Source: Styela clava
Taxonomy: Eukaryota
Assembly: GCF_964204865.1 (NCBI RefSeq)
Contig: NC_135257.1
Location: forward strand, 15,500,001 to 15,564,000
Direction of reading: 5' to 3'
Length of the DNA stretch: 64,000 nt
This document shows, piece after piece, positions 23,498 to 50,403 of this stretch. Below the pieces are notes generated by a model. That model was not told the origin of the DNA. It saw only the letters and a list, made by a program, of their open reading frames with translations, and searched no databases. Within the stretch, counting starts at the first letter, position 1, and the number at the start of each line of letters is the position of its first letter. Position numbers and translations under genes: made by a program.

Positions 23498-26400
23498 ATG
23501 GAACGCGGAGGAAAGAAATTTAGGAAGAAACGTTCTGGGAAAGTGAGTCTGCCTTTTTCGTCTTACACTCTTCATTGTTACTGTATTATGTCAAAATAGT
23601 ACCATATGCTATTATTTCCTTCCTGATATTGTGGAACGGTGCTGTCACATCCCGCGTCAATTATATTTAGCGTCTGCATATCACGGTTCTGAAGTGCCTG
23701 CCGTTTCAATTAATGTTGTGTTGTGGTTGTGGTCTTGTTGAACTAATATGGCTGCTGTTTTTGCATTACCATTTAATGAGAATGTTGGGAAGAAAAAATT
23801 AGAAGAGGAAAATAAAAATGATTTTCTTGATGAATGTATTGTGGTGAGAGAATTGTGTAGTTTAATTTGAATTTTCAACCTACAAATATTCAGAAAGCAT
23901 GCACTATGATTACTGCATTACTAGTTTGTATAATGTAGAATGTTGATTTCGGATCATCAACCGAAGTGTTCTTTTGCCATTCTTTTCTGAATATTTTTTG
24001 TAAAATTAGGTTTAAATTCAAATTCTCTTTTTTAATATAGAGCACAAGTCTGCAAACAACAAAACTTGATATGGAAATCACCAAGTTTTTGAGGTTTAAT
24101 GTCCCAAGAAAAAGTACAGTAATGCAAAAACAAGCAGTGGAATATTTTCTAGGTTTGTTTTATATAATTCCATATTTCAAAGATTTTTATAGATTATTGC
24201 TTCATTATTTATCGACTAATATATTCACATCACTATAATATTCAAGTTTATATTGGGTTGTGATTTGTGAATTATTGTCAGCCAGCTCGTTACTAATTAC
24301 TTGTAGAACCTGTTTAATGATTTGATAATTGAAGCAATCAAACCACAACTTCAAGAGATGAGAAGTCTAATTTGATTGATTCAATGAAAACAATTTTATT
24401 TAGCTGTCTGACTGAGCTGTCTCTCTACTTTTCAGATGTTTCTTGACTTAAAAATGACTTTTTTGGTTTTTATTAGAGCAAACTTTCCAATACATATATT
24501 AAAATAAGTTTTCCACTTTTACCTAGGAAATAAAGCAGTCGATACTTTATTGGAGTCAAAATGGGCTACTCGCAAAAAAGGAGTCGATCAGTTATTTGTT
24601 TGTAGAGAAGATGCAATTACTTATTTGGATGAGTAAGTATTTCAATTCGTAACCGTAAAAGCAGTCAAGTAGTTGATAATTTGATTCAAATAATATAATT
24701 AAATAAATTAATTGTAATTAAATGGATATATACTTGAACACTTTATTTGATGCTTCTAAATAGCAACAGTCTTATGGTGACCATGATCATGAGTCCCCAA
24801 ATGGTATTCTATAAAACAAAAGTCGGGATTAGGCTATTTTATAAACAACCGCGATGTTTAATTCTGAAATATTTCTCTTTCAAAAGTGCTTATTAATTTA
24901 TTGATTTGACCTGCTTTTACCGGATATGCTATATTATCTGTAATAGTAAGGAACTAGTAGTTTCAATTTCAAACTTTTTTACTTACTCATCAGACTACTG
25001 CGGAAGAGCTTATTCTATAGAGTGGAAAAAATCGAGCTGGGGTCAAAAAACAAAGGCGATAAAAATGAAGTGTCAAAAAATAAGACAGACAAAACAGAAC
25101 AACAATCTGACAAATCTTCTGAAAATAAAAATGTTGTAGAGGAAGTACCTGCCATACAAGAAACAACTTTAAGACAAAGAAAAAAAGATAAAAAAACTGA
25201 AAATACTGAAGATGACAAAACTGAGGATTCGGAATCAAATAAACCAAAGTTGAAATTAAAAGCCAAAGACAAGGTGTGATTGGTTTATATTTTTGTGGAA
25301 ATTTTACCTTAATAATGTTGAGTGCACTAGAAGATGTCATAGAGGTCTAATTTGACTAGGCGAGCTTTATATCTAATTATACCCTCGAAACTTGTCATTT
25401 TCTCATTAAATTGTTGCTTCTCTTATAATTATTGTCAATTGAAAATCTGTAATAACTTTCAATACTGTGAACAAGACAGTGCTTTTGGTGAAATCCTGTT
25501 CCAAATCGGACAATTTGATGGCCAGGCATTTCATCTAATATTGTTCCTCCAATAAATAAAACTACATATTCCAGTTTTGCTGTCGGCTTTGGGAATGTTT
25601 TTATTGATATTGTATCCGAAACTGAAGATCGAATTTCAGGCTTTAATAAAGGATGATGTTATGAGAAATAAAACTTGTAACCAAAACTCAAAAAAGTTCA
25701 AATAAGCATTCTCAACAGATAAAAATTGCTAACATTCGCCAATGTTTTCGCTGGCAAAATTTGGTTTTCTTGGTGCTAGACTGCTACAATTGTGATCGAA
25801 AGAAGTCAGCCAGAAGTTTTCGAAATGGCTCGAGAGTCTGGATTTAGATTCAGGTGTAAAATTACCCCAACTCATAGTCATCAGCTTGCATTTTTTTTGT
25901 AAAATATTCCGACATCAACTTTTTTCTCTAAATCAAAACAGTTGATTTTTCAAAAACTTTCATCAAAATTACAAAACATTCAATTACAAAATTTGGGATG
26001 ACGCAATATGTGTACTCTTGACATCCATTTTACCTTAACCTTCTCACACAATTGAACGTAACCATGACAATCATATGCACACAATCGAACGTTCGATGTC
26101 CTTTACTATACCCTAGTTGCCTCGCCATGACAACCTTGTGAGACTGTCTCGCACTATAATTCCCATGGTTACGCAGGCTGTGGTTCCTTAGTCGATTTTT
26201 TTTTGTTGAAACGACCCGCCTGATGCTGTCACAATCAAACTAAAACCAAATTTTCAAACAATTTGTTGAGATTACGAATAAATTTAGTTCTGGCACGAGG
26301 CTTATTGTTTTCCAATTTTACTCATGTAACACTGTAAATATTTATCATAAAATGTAACTTTTTACGTCACACTTACATGGCCCGCCAGTCTAGGCAGGCA

Positions 26401-29003
26401 CAATTTTTGGCCCCTGGTCCAAAAACCTTGCCCATCCCTGATTCATCCTGTACTTCATTTATCTAGAAAACCAAAGAAAAGCAAGTCACAAAAGTAAAGA
26501 AGAGATATAAGTTGATTCCTCATAATGAGCAGAAATTTTTTGATTCAAAAGATATTTACATTTGGACATATAATCCTGTCAGTTGGAAAACAATTATCAT
26601 GGGTAAGTGGGATTTAATATCAAGAATGTCATGCAATCAACAGTCATTTGGAGCATATTTTCAAGGAAACCTACCGTAGTTTTTGTACAAAGCCTCCTAG
26701 ATTTTTGAAACTTCCGGGTATAATCATTCACAAACAGAAGTTCAAGAAGTTTAATTTCAGTCAACCACAAATCTCAATGTTGAAAAGCCAAAATGCCCAA
26801 AAACTATGAGGTTATGCTTTGAGCCGCATCGTTCAGAGTAAAATAGTATGTACTATGTATACAAGATTGTTGCAGCATAGTCGTCCAATTTTTGACTCTT
26901 GAGTGGTGAGGTATTCACTGGATATAGATTGATCTCTGTTCACTGACATCTTTATATTTCAATGCAAAAGATCCCAATATTCTTGCCGGATGCCTGTATA
27001 ATTTTCAATCTATTGCTGATTGTTATCTATTCATTTCCTAGGTATAGCCGTATTACTTTGTGTTGTTGCTGCAACTTTATTTCCACTATGGCCACCAGAA
27101 GTTCGACTCGGAGTTTATTACTTATCAATTGCCGGTGGAGTATTTATTGGAGCTATATTTGGAATCGCACTTGGTAAATTATTTTATGACAATAGATTCG
27201 ATATAAAAAAACTTATTTCAGTTGCTGATTGTAATAACAACAAAATACTTTTATATAGAAGTACATTAATTTTTTATTCAGGAGCAAAACCGTGGAACTT
27301 TGGTTGTCAAAGACTATAGTTTGTAGTTGACCATTTTTTATACAGGGCATTGTTTTTCACTTCAAAGATCTATTTTATATTACTCAAAAACCACCAATTA
27401 CAAATTCATTTATTGCCTTATTTCATCAACTATTTTTTAAGTAGAAAAATATGCCTTGGGCATTTTAAAACTACAATAATTCAAGTTTAATGAATAATAA
27501 AGTAACGTTGGGGGCTTTATCAACCAAAAATGCCAAAACTTGAAATAGACAGCATGAGAAAACAGAGAATACTATGCATATTTTTGATTTTTAACATGTT
27601 CTGAAATACCATTACTTTGCTTAATATTGATTCAATCTACGATTGGACACTAGCTTAGAGAATATCTGTTTCTTTACAATATTTTCAAATAAATTTTATT
27701 TCTTCATTTTAATAACACTTGTCTTGAATCCCTCAACTTGGTTTAACATTTTCCCAGCAAATAATGATTAAAAATATTAAGATGTTCAAAATGTAAGTTA
27801 CATCATAAGTGACGTTATCATTCTGTATATCCATTTGATAATTTTTAAAAAAGATAAAAATCATAAAATATCACAGAATCCTTTTTCCTATATCTTATCT
27901 TGGTGATATTGCTTATCACAGAGTTATTCAAAATATATTTCTTTTAATTTAGACACTTATAAAACATGTTTTTCATCTATTACAGCTCGCTCTATATTAT
28001 GGACGATTATTTGGGTATTCACTGGAGGGAATCATCATTTATGGATTCTGCCGAATCTGCTGGCTGATGTCGGTTTTTGGGAATCGTTCAAACCGTATTA
28101 TACATATGAATACAAAGGATCCAAAGATAAAAAAGATGAAGATGAGGAAGATGACGAGAATGAGGATGAGGAAGAACAGAGAGAGGGAGAAGATGAGAAT
28201 GAAGAGAATAAAGAAGGTCAGTGTGATACTAAATAAATAGTTTCATTGATTTGTGTTTAGCTGGAAATAAGTTTATCAAATTGTGACAACTTTATAGATC
28301 ATTATTTCTCATCTACTGGTGGTACATACCGGTACCTACCCAACTCTTTTTGGTATATTATTTTTTTTGTCATAGCTAGTGTTACAGGTAGCTCCCATTC
28401 TAACTTTTGAACAATTGGAGTAGTTTATAATGTGTGCATAAATATGTATTACAATAATAATGATTAACTAACCAATATTAGTAATACTACAGTGAATACA
28501 GAGAAAAATTTCTTCATTTCGTCCCCCAAAACCAAAAAAATTACTCCCTGGACAGGAAGCTATATTGTGACGGAGCAAGGATTCAATTTTTAGCTGATGT
28601 AGTCATGTTACAGTCAGGAATGACGTACACAAAAATTGTTATTCCACGCCTACTAGATGTATTTGTGGTACTGAGCTATACACTACACCCACAGGTATGG
28701 TAATCGTACCATAACTAGTTCCAGCTTTGTTCAGAATATTGTTTTGGGGAAATTATGGATGAAATATTTCGTTTTGGATTCATGTCCATTTATTTGAGCA
28801 TTGCTCTCTTGTAATAAATTGAAATTTCATCTGACTGGCAATTTTATGATACATCCTTGTTTTATACAGATGGTGATATGCAAAAGAGTGGGCTTTATAA
28901 TGAGGAGAATCAGGAAAATGAATCTCTTGAAGAACGTAAAACTGATACTGGAGCTACCACAAGATCTGAAGCCTCTACGGAACGCTCCGGAAGCGAATCG
29001 TGA
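23498..29003 (+). CDS. SEC62: Translocation protein SEC62
   Basis: Eight exons: 23498-23542, 24041-24152, 24527-24632, 24994-25273, 26467-26602, 27042-27173, 27986-28216, 28870-29003, with consistent phases. Motifs KFLRFNVPRKST, KAVDTLLESKWA, YIWTYNP, TLFPLWP, HHLWILPNLLADVGFWESFKP match Sec62. Two TM helices and an acidic tail; AATAAA at 29145. Confidence 0.97.
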
Positions 29004-30649
29004 CGCAACAAAAATTTGTTTCAGTAACATTGAGGTTTGCCTAAATCCTGCCTTAATATATTTGCTGTGAATGTGCTAGTGAAAAGTACGCGAAACTATT
29101 AAAACAATTTATCCTCTGCTTAGTAGCGTTCGATACTCACTATAAATAAACATGTACATTGGTGTGTTATTAATACCAAATTTTGACTTTTTTCAATGAA
29201 TATAGTTGAATTTGACATATGGTTTTGCTTGTAATTCAAATTACAATTGTCTAAAAGATGGGAATCTGAACTCATTTTGGTGATTATTTGGCATGGACAA
29301 AATACTCCACATTCTTAGGCTATGGAGTTGCAAAGTGTGAGTTGGGCATATTTTTTTTATTGATATTGGAATTTGAGTCATATTGCGAACAGCTCACCCA
29401 CCAAGAGTCGTCAGTTTAAGTTTAATTTCAGATTTTTAATGGTGCTAATCAAGTCAAAATTCATCTCAATAATTCCAAGACTTGCGCATACACCAAATTT
29501 TTTGTGAAAGTAGTGTCGTTTTTTACTTGGTACCTTATTTCGGATTGAGTTGAGTCTGCTTCAGCTTTCATCTTCCTCACCTTCAAAGATTATTGAAATA
29601 TTCACAATCATCAGCAGATTCCGGTCATTCTGACTCTGTTTCTGTCTTGAATTGTCTTTTGTTTATCTTATCATATGGTACAATGATGGTATTTGATTTG
29701 TCGAACAGTAGCAGATTGAATTATGAAGCGATATGGTGGTGAACACATGACTATTCCATTGTGTTCCAAGAATGCTTCCAGTATGCACATAAAGTTAGGT
29801 CATGTTTTGTTGCCCTGAAGCAATTTGCTGCATATTTGCAGATCAAATACTATTTGGATATTTCAAAATATTGTGAGAATCAGACTTGACACTGAAAATA
29901 TTGCGTTTGTTACCAATTTGTAATTTCAAGACTATGCCTGAATGCATTCTAATATATTATATATATATTATGTGGATGAATTTCAATTGATTATCGCAGA
30001 CATGTGTAAACCTTGAGAATCTGTCTCCACATTTTTTCACAAGATTACTATTATTTGAAATTATATATTCACACAAATAGTTTAGTTCTATATTACTTGT
30101 TTTTGTTTCTGTTCAAACTGCTGCTTTTGGTCATATTTTAGCTGCTAAAATTGAGGGTAAAATTTGATAATGTATATTGAGTTCAAACTCCCTTTCAAAT
30201 TGTTGTCATGATAGAGAACCAATTTCTCATGATTTTTCTTGCAATGCATGTCAGAAGTCTGAGTGTTTCCTGTTTTTTTTTCTTCTGACATACCAGATGT
30301 GTTTCGTATCATATATGGTGGTGTTCTGTTCTAGTGAACATGAGGATATATAAATTCTTGCTGGATGGAATATTGTTTTGTTAATTATTTTGCGAAATAT
30401 TATTAGAGTCCTGCCGAACTGTTGTGTCAACTCGGAGCGTTAGAAAGATGCTCGCTATCGCACCACAGATTAACAGATTCAGATAATATATTTCTATCAT
30501 GCAAGAATCAACACAAAAATTAAAGCACGTAAAATTTACAAACGTGTATAATGACATTAGTAAAAAATGTAATTATACACATAACTTGCGCGGAATCGAC
30601 AGTTTGCACATTCTGCTAAGCTTGGGAAACACATTTGCCATCGTACCTT

Positions 30650-31072
30650 GCTCGGTCGACGGTGTGGCGATCATTAGGAATACGCTCGCCATTGCACCTA
30701 TGTTTTTACCTTGCGTGGTTTCGCAGGTTCGAATCCCGTGAGGGAATAAATATGTGCGAGAGGATTGTTGTACTCCTCGCCAGCTTACAGTGGTACACGT
30801 AACTGCTGGTCGGTTACATCTTCCTCCGACATCAAGTCCATGTATCTGAAATAAATAACAGGCAAACTAATCCCATGCCCGACATGGACTGGTTTATCAT
30901 TGACGTACATGACATGTGCTGTTACCAGGACGGGAGCCTGTCGCATCTGTAACAACTGGGTAACTGATCCCTACCCGACATGGACTGGAAGCCGAAAGAG
31001 AGGCGTGGTTTGCCATACGAAGAAAGCTTTATCGACTCGCCCCATACAATAAATGTGAAATTCCTATCCTAT
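30650..31072 (+). mobile_element. tRNA-derived SINE-like element (boundaries approximate)
   Basis: Pol III B-box GGTTCGAATCCC at ~30726; CCCGACATGGACTGG occurs twice; the 3' part recurs inverted at 53408-53528. Confidence 0.6.
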
Positions 31073-32679
31073 TTCTTGATTCCCCCGTAACGTGCATCAC
31101 CTAACTACACATTCTAGATCAGGGATGTGCAACAAGCGGCCCGCGGGTCACAAGCCGGCCCGCCAAGTCATTCAGTGTGGTCCTTGTCAACACTCAGATT
31201 TGTCCCCATCAAGCGTGAAATCCAAATCCCGACAATTTATGTTTAAAAGTCGCTCACGTGGGTAAAAATACATAATATTTTTTGCTCTTGTCGCTGCGTT
31301 GAATCTTTCGTCGATTTGCCCGGTTTCTTTTTTATCGCTAGGGCTAAGCAACAGCCACATTTTCTTCTCTTTCTTTCCCGCATGGATGAACTAAATTTTA
31401 TGTGTGGCGCGGGTAGATGTCTCAAGTTGGTTATATGGTCCACCGACAAAAAATGTTGCACACGCCTGTCCTATATTAGCTATTGCGGTACCCGCTCTGC
31501 ACCTATGGATTGTTTTGTTATAATGTTGTCTTGTTTTTGTTGTTCTTTGTCATAGAATTTGATCGTTATACGAAAAATCGCTTTCTGGACCCATTGCTTC
31601 GAAATTTTCGGTGGTTAAAGATTATATTTTTCGCTACAAGGCTATTATTTTTATTTATTTCAAATATTTCTATGACGTCATCGAAATATGCGCACCTTGT
31701 GGTGGTTCCGCGAATGCATATCAGCGCGTCTCGTGCTCAGCAAACGCCGGCGGATCTCGTGTTTAGCGAAAGCGGGAAGTTTTTTTGGGAGCGATAGACT
31801 GTGGGATACACCGTAATCTGGTAATACAGAAGTTACTCGGATCAGTTGATATATATTTCAATTCACGTTGAAACTGGATCAAGAAGAATGAATCATCGCC
31901 ACAGCACATGGAAAAGCTATGACAGTCTCTGTACCGTCACCGGTACCCCGATACAGGTAACTGGTAAGTACCGCATATGGTTTCCGGGGAATTGGTGATA
32001 AAATATTTCGTTTTGCTCCCCGTGTCCACATATTTTAACATAGCTCTCTTGTTCTCTACTCCATACCACACTCTCCCCTTTCCAGTCAGGATGAACTGCA
32101 ATTGCTTTGCGAGTCGGTTGCTCTCAACCTGATTCGATTCTCGTTTTTTTGTAAAGCGAGACTCCGTGAATCTGACGCAATGTCAAAAATAGAAACAATA
32201 GTAGGAGTTATATGAAAACATGTCTATTTGAAAATATGAACAATAGTCCTAAATAAACTAACACCAATAAAATATCAGTATTAGGAGGTGTTACAATGTT
32301 TTGGGGGATTGAACATTGGTAGTCTGTAAAGAGTGCCACTGTAAAGTCTCACGATGTATAATCGCCGTCAGTTCAAATTCCATGAACAAATATTTTTTCC
32401 GCTGTTATTTTTGAGATAATGATTGGTATGGATTTTTTTAGTTTGCACTAAGCAAACCAACAAATTATTTCACTGTTGTATATTGTACGGAAGATAAAAA
32501 AACAAACAGCAGAAATTTAAAGAACAGTCAGTAAGTCTCTGACAAAGATAACAATAAACTAGCAAATATATACTTTCCATTCAATAAAGGGGTAAGAAAA
32601 GGAAGAAATTATTTTGTTGGTTCTCCAATCAGTTTAACGTGTAATTAATTGCATTTTGTAGGCTATTTATTTGTCGCAG

Positions 32680-44706
<12,027 letters not shown>

Positions 44707-47032
44707 TGCTCAAGAAGTCTACTCTAAATGTCCACAAGTACCCTAGCTTCAGAGACTTATTACATCCGTCGCCTTATTACATGCCTCTTTGTATAGGCTT
44801 TGAACCAGAGTGAATAAGATTTGTCTTGATTTTCCACAAATTATAAACGTCGTCGTTCACTGCATGGCAATAAGCTACATATAATGTAATAAATTGATTT
44901 TCTCTGAAATTAATGAAACTAATGGACGTACATAACCTGTCATAATAATCGATTTTGCGTTTAAAAATTGTACCATAATCACTTCTGTTATCTTTTAGCC
45001 TATTATATTCAAATACTATATTACTTTAATTCACTGCTGTTGATTTCCCCTTGCCATATGTTGTTAACACGTGATACATTGGTAATAACAAGATAAAAAG
45101 TTCATAAGGAAATAATAAAGAAACTGAAAACTATTAATAATTCCTGTCAATTTTAGCGCAATAACCAATAATTATACCCCTGCGTGTTTGCTTATACTAC
45201 GCTAATTTGATGACTGAACGTACAAAAGCAGGCTCTCCAGAAGTGTGTGTACCAATATGAAGGTAACTAATTTTTTTCGCCTACTTTACATCAAGTTGTG
45301 TAAATGAACTGAAACCTATAGGCATATTGGGTATATCACTTGGCTAACACAGACAATCCCCGAACTCGTAATTGAACTAAAATAAAGAAAATCGGAATAA
45401 AATTATTGCCTAATTTTACCCAAGAGCATCTACCTAACCTCAGTTTACTCATTGAACTTCCCAAATTGATTGTATGAAATGTCATCAATCATTATTCTCA
45501 ACATTTGTTCAAAGTCCGTCCTAAAGCCTCATTTGAACAAACTCAAGGCAATTTTTATAGACATTTTTTAGTATCCTAACTCTGAGACATTCCCACAAAA
45601 GAACTTTACTATCCTCTATATATAAACTTGCAAGTGGCCTGCTTTGCATGAACCTCAACTGCTCGAAAAGCATCACATCAGAATAGCATCATGCAACGTT
45701 TTGAAACAGAGAAACAACCTACAAGACAGCAGCGTTTTAGAAATCAATTTTGAAGCTCATTGAGTTTTTTAATCATAGATTAAATCACACCTTGCTTTTC
45801 CCATCTTAAAAACGATTGATTCTGATTGGGGAAATAGTCGTATCAGTCTAACTGGAGCCAAATGACCTATTGATTGATACATGATATAAAGAATCACTTT
45901 ATCCGTGTTCATGTTTATCAATTTCAGTGATGTTTTTAATGGCTGAACTGGTACAGTAGAGATTAGGCACAAAATTATCACTCTAGCAATACGGTGAAAG
46001 GATTAAATACAGCGTTGAAACATGATACAAAATGCGATTAAATGCAATGATTGATTTTCGTATTTTTACGAATTATGCAATATCGAACACGAATCAGTTC
46101 CGGCGATGGAAAATGGTATGTGGAATTCAGCACTCAGAATCCATCATTTAACAAAACCTCGATTACGTTCATTACTTTAAAAACACTCTGAAGCAAAAAT
46201 CGGGTATGGTAGCAAAGAGATTGTGCAAACAACGCATGCCACTAGATCAATAACCAAAATTTTGGTGACGCAACTACTATTAGAGCTTATGTTGAATAAA
46301 GGTGCGGCCCGCGGTTACATCCAGTTATTCTGTCGTTCCCTTCTGTATTAAGGTTGCACACCCTTGCCTCCTTTCCCCTGCAATGGCCAACAGCAAACTG
46401 AAATTTGTGGAAATTGTAGGAGAACTAAATGGCAGACTTGCTTTGAACATGGATGACCACTTTGATGAAATCGCACTAATTCAAGAACATTATAGAATAT
46501 TTTGAAGTCTTAAACCACTTGCAAAATGCAACAAACAGCAAGTAGTACACAATCCTAAAAAGTTCCACTTATAAGTGTGTTATTATTCTCGAAGTACTTT
46601 CATGCGTGCTTTTAGTCGTCGCAGGAAAGTCAGAGTATACAAAGCTTGATCAACAGTAGTGCTAAAATGCAGTATGAATATTTTTTTTCGTGTTTAGAGT
46701 TTAGCATTTAATTTATCTGAAACTTATGAATATGTGTCATAACTCATAGTGTCCTTTATTAAAATTTGTCAAAGTTGGCAACCCTGTGTGTACAGTTAGT
46801 AATACTTCCCAGTTCTATAAAGATTGTTTCCCAACATGGGTATGTCTTGAAAATCGCATGAAAACGTTTTAGTGCTAATAAAATCGATATCTACGAATAT
46901 TTGGGTGAGAACAATTGAAAAAAATGCAATTAGTCTCCCTACAATCTCAAGTTCACGCTTTTTAGAAATTAACATTGAACATTTACCTAATAACATTGGG
47001 CTATATAATTATTCTACAAGTTTTGTTATGTT

Positions 47033-47746
47033 TAGGGTTGCCAACCGTACTTTATTTCAAAGGACAGTCCTTTATTGAGATTTTTTGTCTTTGCCCTCTA
47101 AATAAAAAAGGACGAAAAGGTCCTTTATTTCTGACATGGAAATGACTATAAGAGCTGTAAAACATTAAAAAATAAATATATTATTGAATAAATAATTACT
47201 GGATACCGCACACTAAACAACCGCGTGCCTAAGTAGATCGCTACAAACGCTTTTAATGATCCGAGAGGACCAATCAGAAGTTAATTCAAGTTCATTTAAA
47301 ATGTTGAGAACCATAACTGGTTATGAAGCAGCGACACCCAAGGTTCTAATTTTCAATTATAACATTGTTAATTTCAGTTTTCAGGGTACTGTTATTGTGG
47401 GGGAATATGTCTTTGTCTAGCTAACGAACAACGGTAAATAGGAATTAAAACTAAACGACAGACTTTGAATATGCATGACCTCTTTTTTCATGAAATCGCA
47501 CTAATTCTATAAAATTATAGCATTATTCAAAATTATAAATCACAAGTGTGTTAATATATCCTCAAAATATTTTCATGAGTTTTCATACAAAGCTTAACTG
47601 ACAGTTGCTGAAGTCGGCAAAAATTCATAAGAATTAGTTTGTTTTGATTTTTCTATCTATTCCGAGATTAGCAGTGGATTAAATAAAAATTTAGAGATAT
47701 ATGCAAAAGTGTCTTTTACTGAAATTCGTCAAAGTTGACAGCCCTA
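47033..47746. mobile_element. hAT-type MITE; a related right-end fragment lies at ~46420-46785
   Basis: TAGGGTTGCCAAC ... GTTGACAGCCCTA; perfect TSD GTTATGTT. Confidence 0.85.
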
Positions 47747-48125
47747 GTTATGTTACATTATCTATATATTTTTCCTAGAGTCTTAACCTATCGATGAAGC
47801 AAGCAATGCAATTTACCTAACATAATGATAAGCATTCGATTAGCCCGAGATAAGTCTGCTAATTTTCTTTTATGACACGCAGACAATTGACTTGCCATAT
47901 ACCATACCACACATTAGCCAGTTAATGCCAACAAATCTAACATAGGGGAACCCGCGACCTGATAGGGGCTTTGGCGACCACGTGGCCCATTGCCAAACAT
48001 TTACAAGTGCAAAAGGAAAGTGTTTGAGCATGTCGCACGTGCCTGCCTGTTCAATCTTGTCCACCAGAAGAAAAAAAAACTCTCAAGCTAATCCTATTTT
48101 GTTACCATATCCTAAGTTATTCAAC

Positions 48126-48328
48126 GGTGACCGTACATTTGAACCCATGTACATTTGAACCCATGCGTATATCCACGGGTTCAATCTATATGCGGGTGCT
48201 AAAACCCATGGGTTAGGGTTAGTATGGGTTTAACTATCCGTGAAACAAAACAAATTCCATAGGTGCAATAGCATACAGGTGCAATTGTCATGGGTTCAAA
48301 TGTACGTGGGTTCAAATGTAATGGAACC
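48126..48328. mobile_element. MITE with a 9-bp TSD (Mutator-like)
   Basis: TSD TTATTCAAC on both sides; inverted TACATTTGAACCCA repeats; internal GGGTTAGGGTTAG. Confidence 0.85.
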
Positions 48329-48609
48329 TTATTCAACATCACAAAGTCTAGTCTTCTCTAAACTGGAGAACAATCTAGTTTTAAGCAAATATTCCTGAAT
48401 AAAACCTCAATTCTGTGTCATGAAATCTCACAGGAATGATTTATAAAACGAGAGAGGGTTGTCCGCTGTAATTCCTGACAATATAAGCAATTTTTTTTAA
48501 ATTCAACACTGCCTTCATATACCTTTCCTACACTGAAGCGTTCTACCTAATTTATTTGTGAAATAAGTTAATTATTTGCTGTTAGGATTATTAAAGTGTC
48601 GTCACCCAC

Positions 48610-48715
48610 CTGCAAAACGAATTTTTTTAATCCATTTGTGACGTTGGATCGTTGAATGCTTCGCGCAAAGATAAACGTAGTTTTCGGCAATATCCTCGAT
48701 TAATGCAAAATCCAT
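48610..48715 (-). CDS. GRK1/7: Duplicated alternative coding exon 1 (exon 1b) of the GRK1/7 gene
   Basis: MDFALIEDIAENYVYLCAKHSTIQRHKWIKKIRFA + G|GTGGGT; same 106-nt length, phase and donor as exon 1a (44706-44601); 22/35 aa identical. Confidence 0.85.
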
Positions 48716-50210
48716 CGACTCCTCGATTCACAGACCATAATGATGTTCTTGTCCATAAGCGTATTTCATAAATCACACAGACCAGGTTGAGGAGCGCATA
48801 TCAATTTACATCAACTGCTGATCAATGTGGTTAATGTTTATGTTTGGTGGGGATTACACGTGTAGGAGAGATCGCTGCAGGATATGCAAGGATATAATCA
48901 AATATATAACCAAAAATTTTTAATAACACGGGATTTTTCATCAATCGACGAATGTTCTACCAGTATCAGTTAGGTTACTTTCTTTTTCTTGCTTGTAATT
49001 GTCTTTAAAAACCCTCCTGATCTTAATCCCCTGCCCTGCGATGCTGCGTTTTAGGAGACGCACAGCATCGACAATTAAAGTTTCAAATTTACAGTATGGC
49101 CTCTACACTACAGTTTATTTTACAAAATAGTACATATACAGTATTTTTGCATATGCGTCTCATTATCACCTAATAAAATTCCGCTTTTTCATTCATTTTT
49201 TGAATTCTGCCTGGTAAAACACCGTGATGAAAAACATATAATATTTGTACTTGGGTGGTTCAAGCTTCATCATATTTAGTCATATATTATTGTACGGTTT
49301 AAATCAATTTTAAATAATTAAATAGTACGTTTAAAGGTTATTTGAGCAAGCGAGTGATTAAATATAAATACCTATTACGATGGAGTGACACCAATCGAAT
49401 TTAAACGATTCCATCGATTTCTGAATCTGTGAATAGCATTACATCGATTAGGTCGTGTTTAGTTTCAGAAATTCATTTGTACGAAAATAATAGAAATTTG
49501 TAATATATTCGAATGCATATATACATATAATAACAACAACACGGTTGTTTTCATTCATATTTTCAAAATTTCTTGTGGTATACAGAGATAAAAGTAAAAT
49601 TGTGCATTGAATAAACAAAATGAAAATATTTCCTGTCCTGTATTTATCAATAACAACTCCCTTTGTGAAAGTAAAATGAGCATAGGTTATTTGTTTTTCA
49701 GCATCCGATTTTGACTCTCAATTTTTACAATATGATAAATATAATGGAATTGGCCTAAATCGATTCTTGGTGTTTTAGATTCATTTTCTAACTGACTAGC
49801 AATGCTGAGGTGGTGAATAACTGTCCGCTTTTTTTTTTATTATGCCAAAAGTAGTTTTTTAACAAGATAATAAAACTGCATTTAGCATATTATCATTTTT
49901 GTAACAATGCTAAAAAAACGCGACATTGAAAGATTAAAAGTATTTTTAGGCAAAAATTATTTTCGTGTTTTTACAATACTAAGATAGCTCCACCACCCTT
50001 CCAAAAGACATTGTGACGTGACAAGAAAATTTCCGAACCAAAAAGGCAATGAATGTGAGTTAAGATAATAGGACTTTTGAATAGGTGGTTAATGGCTATG
50101 CAGGAATTCTACAGTTGACCCAAACTACACGGTTTTTCGAACGTGATTTCTCTTCTGATATAGAGAATATGTAGACCGCGACACATGAGATTATTGTGAG
50201 TACAGATATA

Positions 50211-50403
50211 CAGGGTGTCCAAAAAGTTTCGCCCGATTATAAAGTCTTTATAATCAAATGTTTTTTTTTTTCAATTTTTAAAAAGACTTATGGTCAAGCC
50301 TAAGATGTTGAATGTTGTAGTCCCCATTTATCATACAACCAAATTTATTCAAATTTGCAATTGGTAATGCTATGAAATCGGGCGGCACTTTTTGGACACC
50401 CTG
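50211..50403. mobile_element. Tc1/mariner-type MITE
   Basis: TA|CAGGGTGTCCAAAAAGT ... ACTTTTTGGACACCCTG|TA. Confidence 0.85.

Noticed and set aside
30700-30745. tRNA gene (GGTTCGAATCCC)
   Set aside because: No cloverleaf could be built; the context recurs elsewhere, so it is SINE-like.
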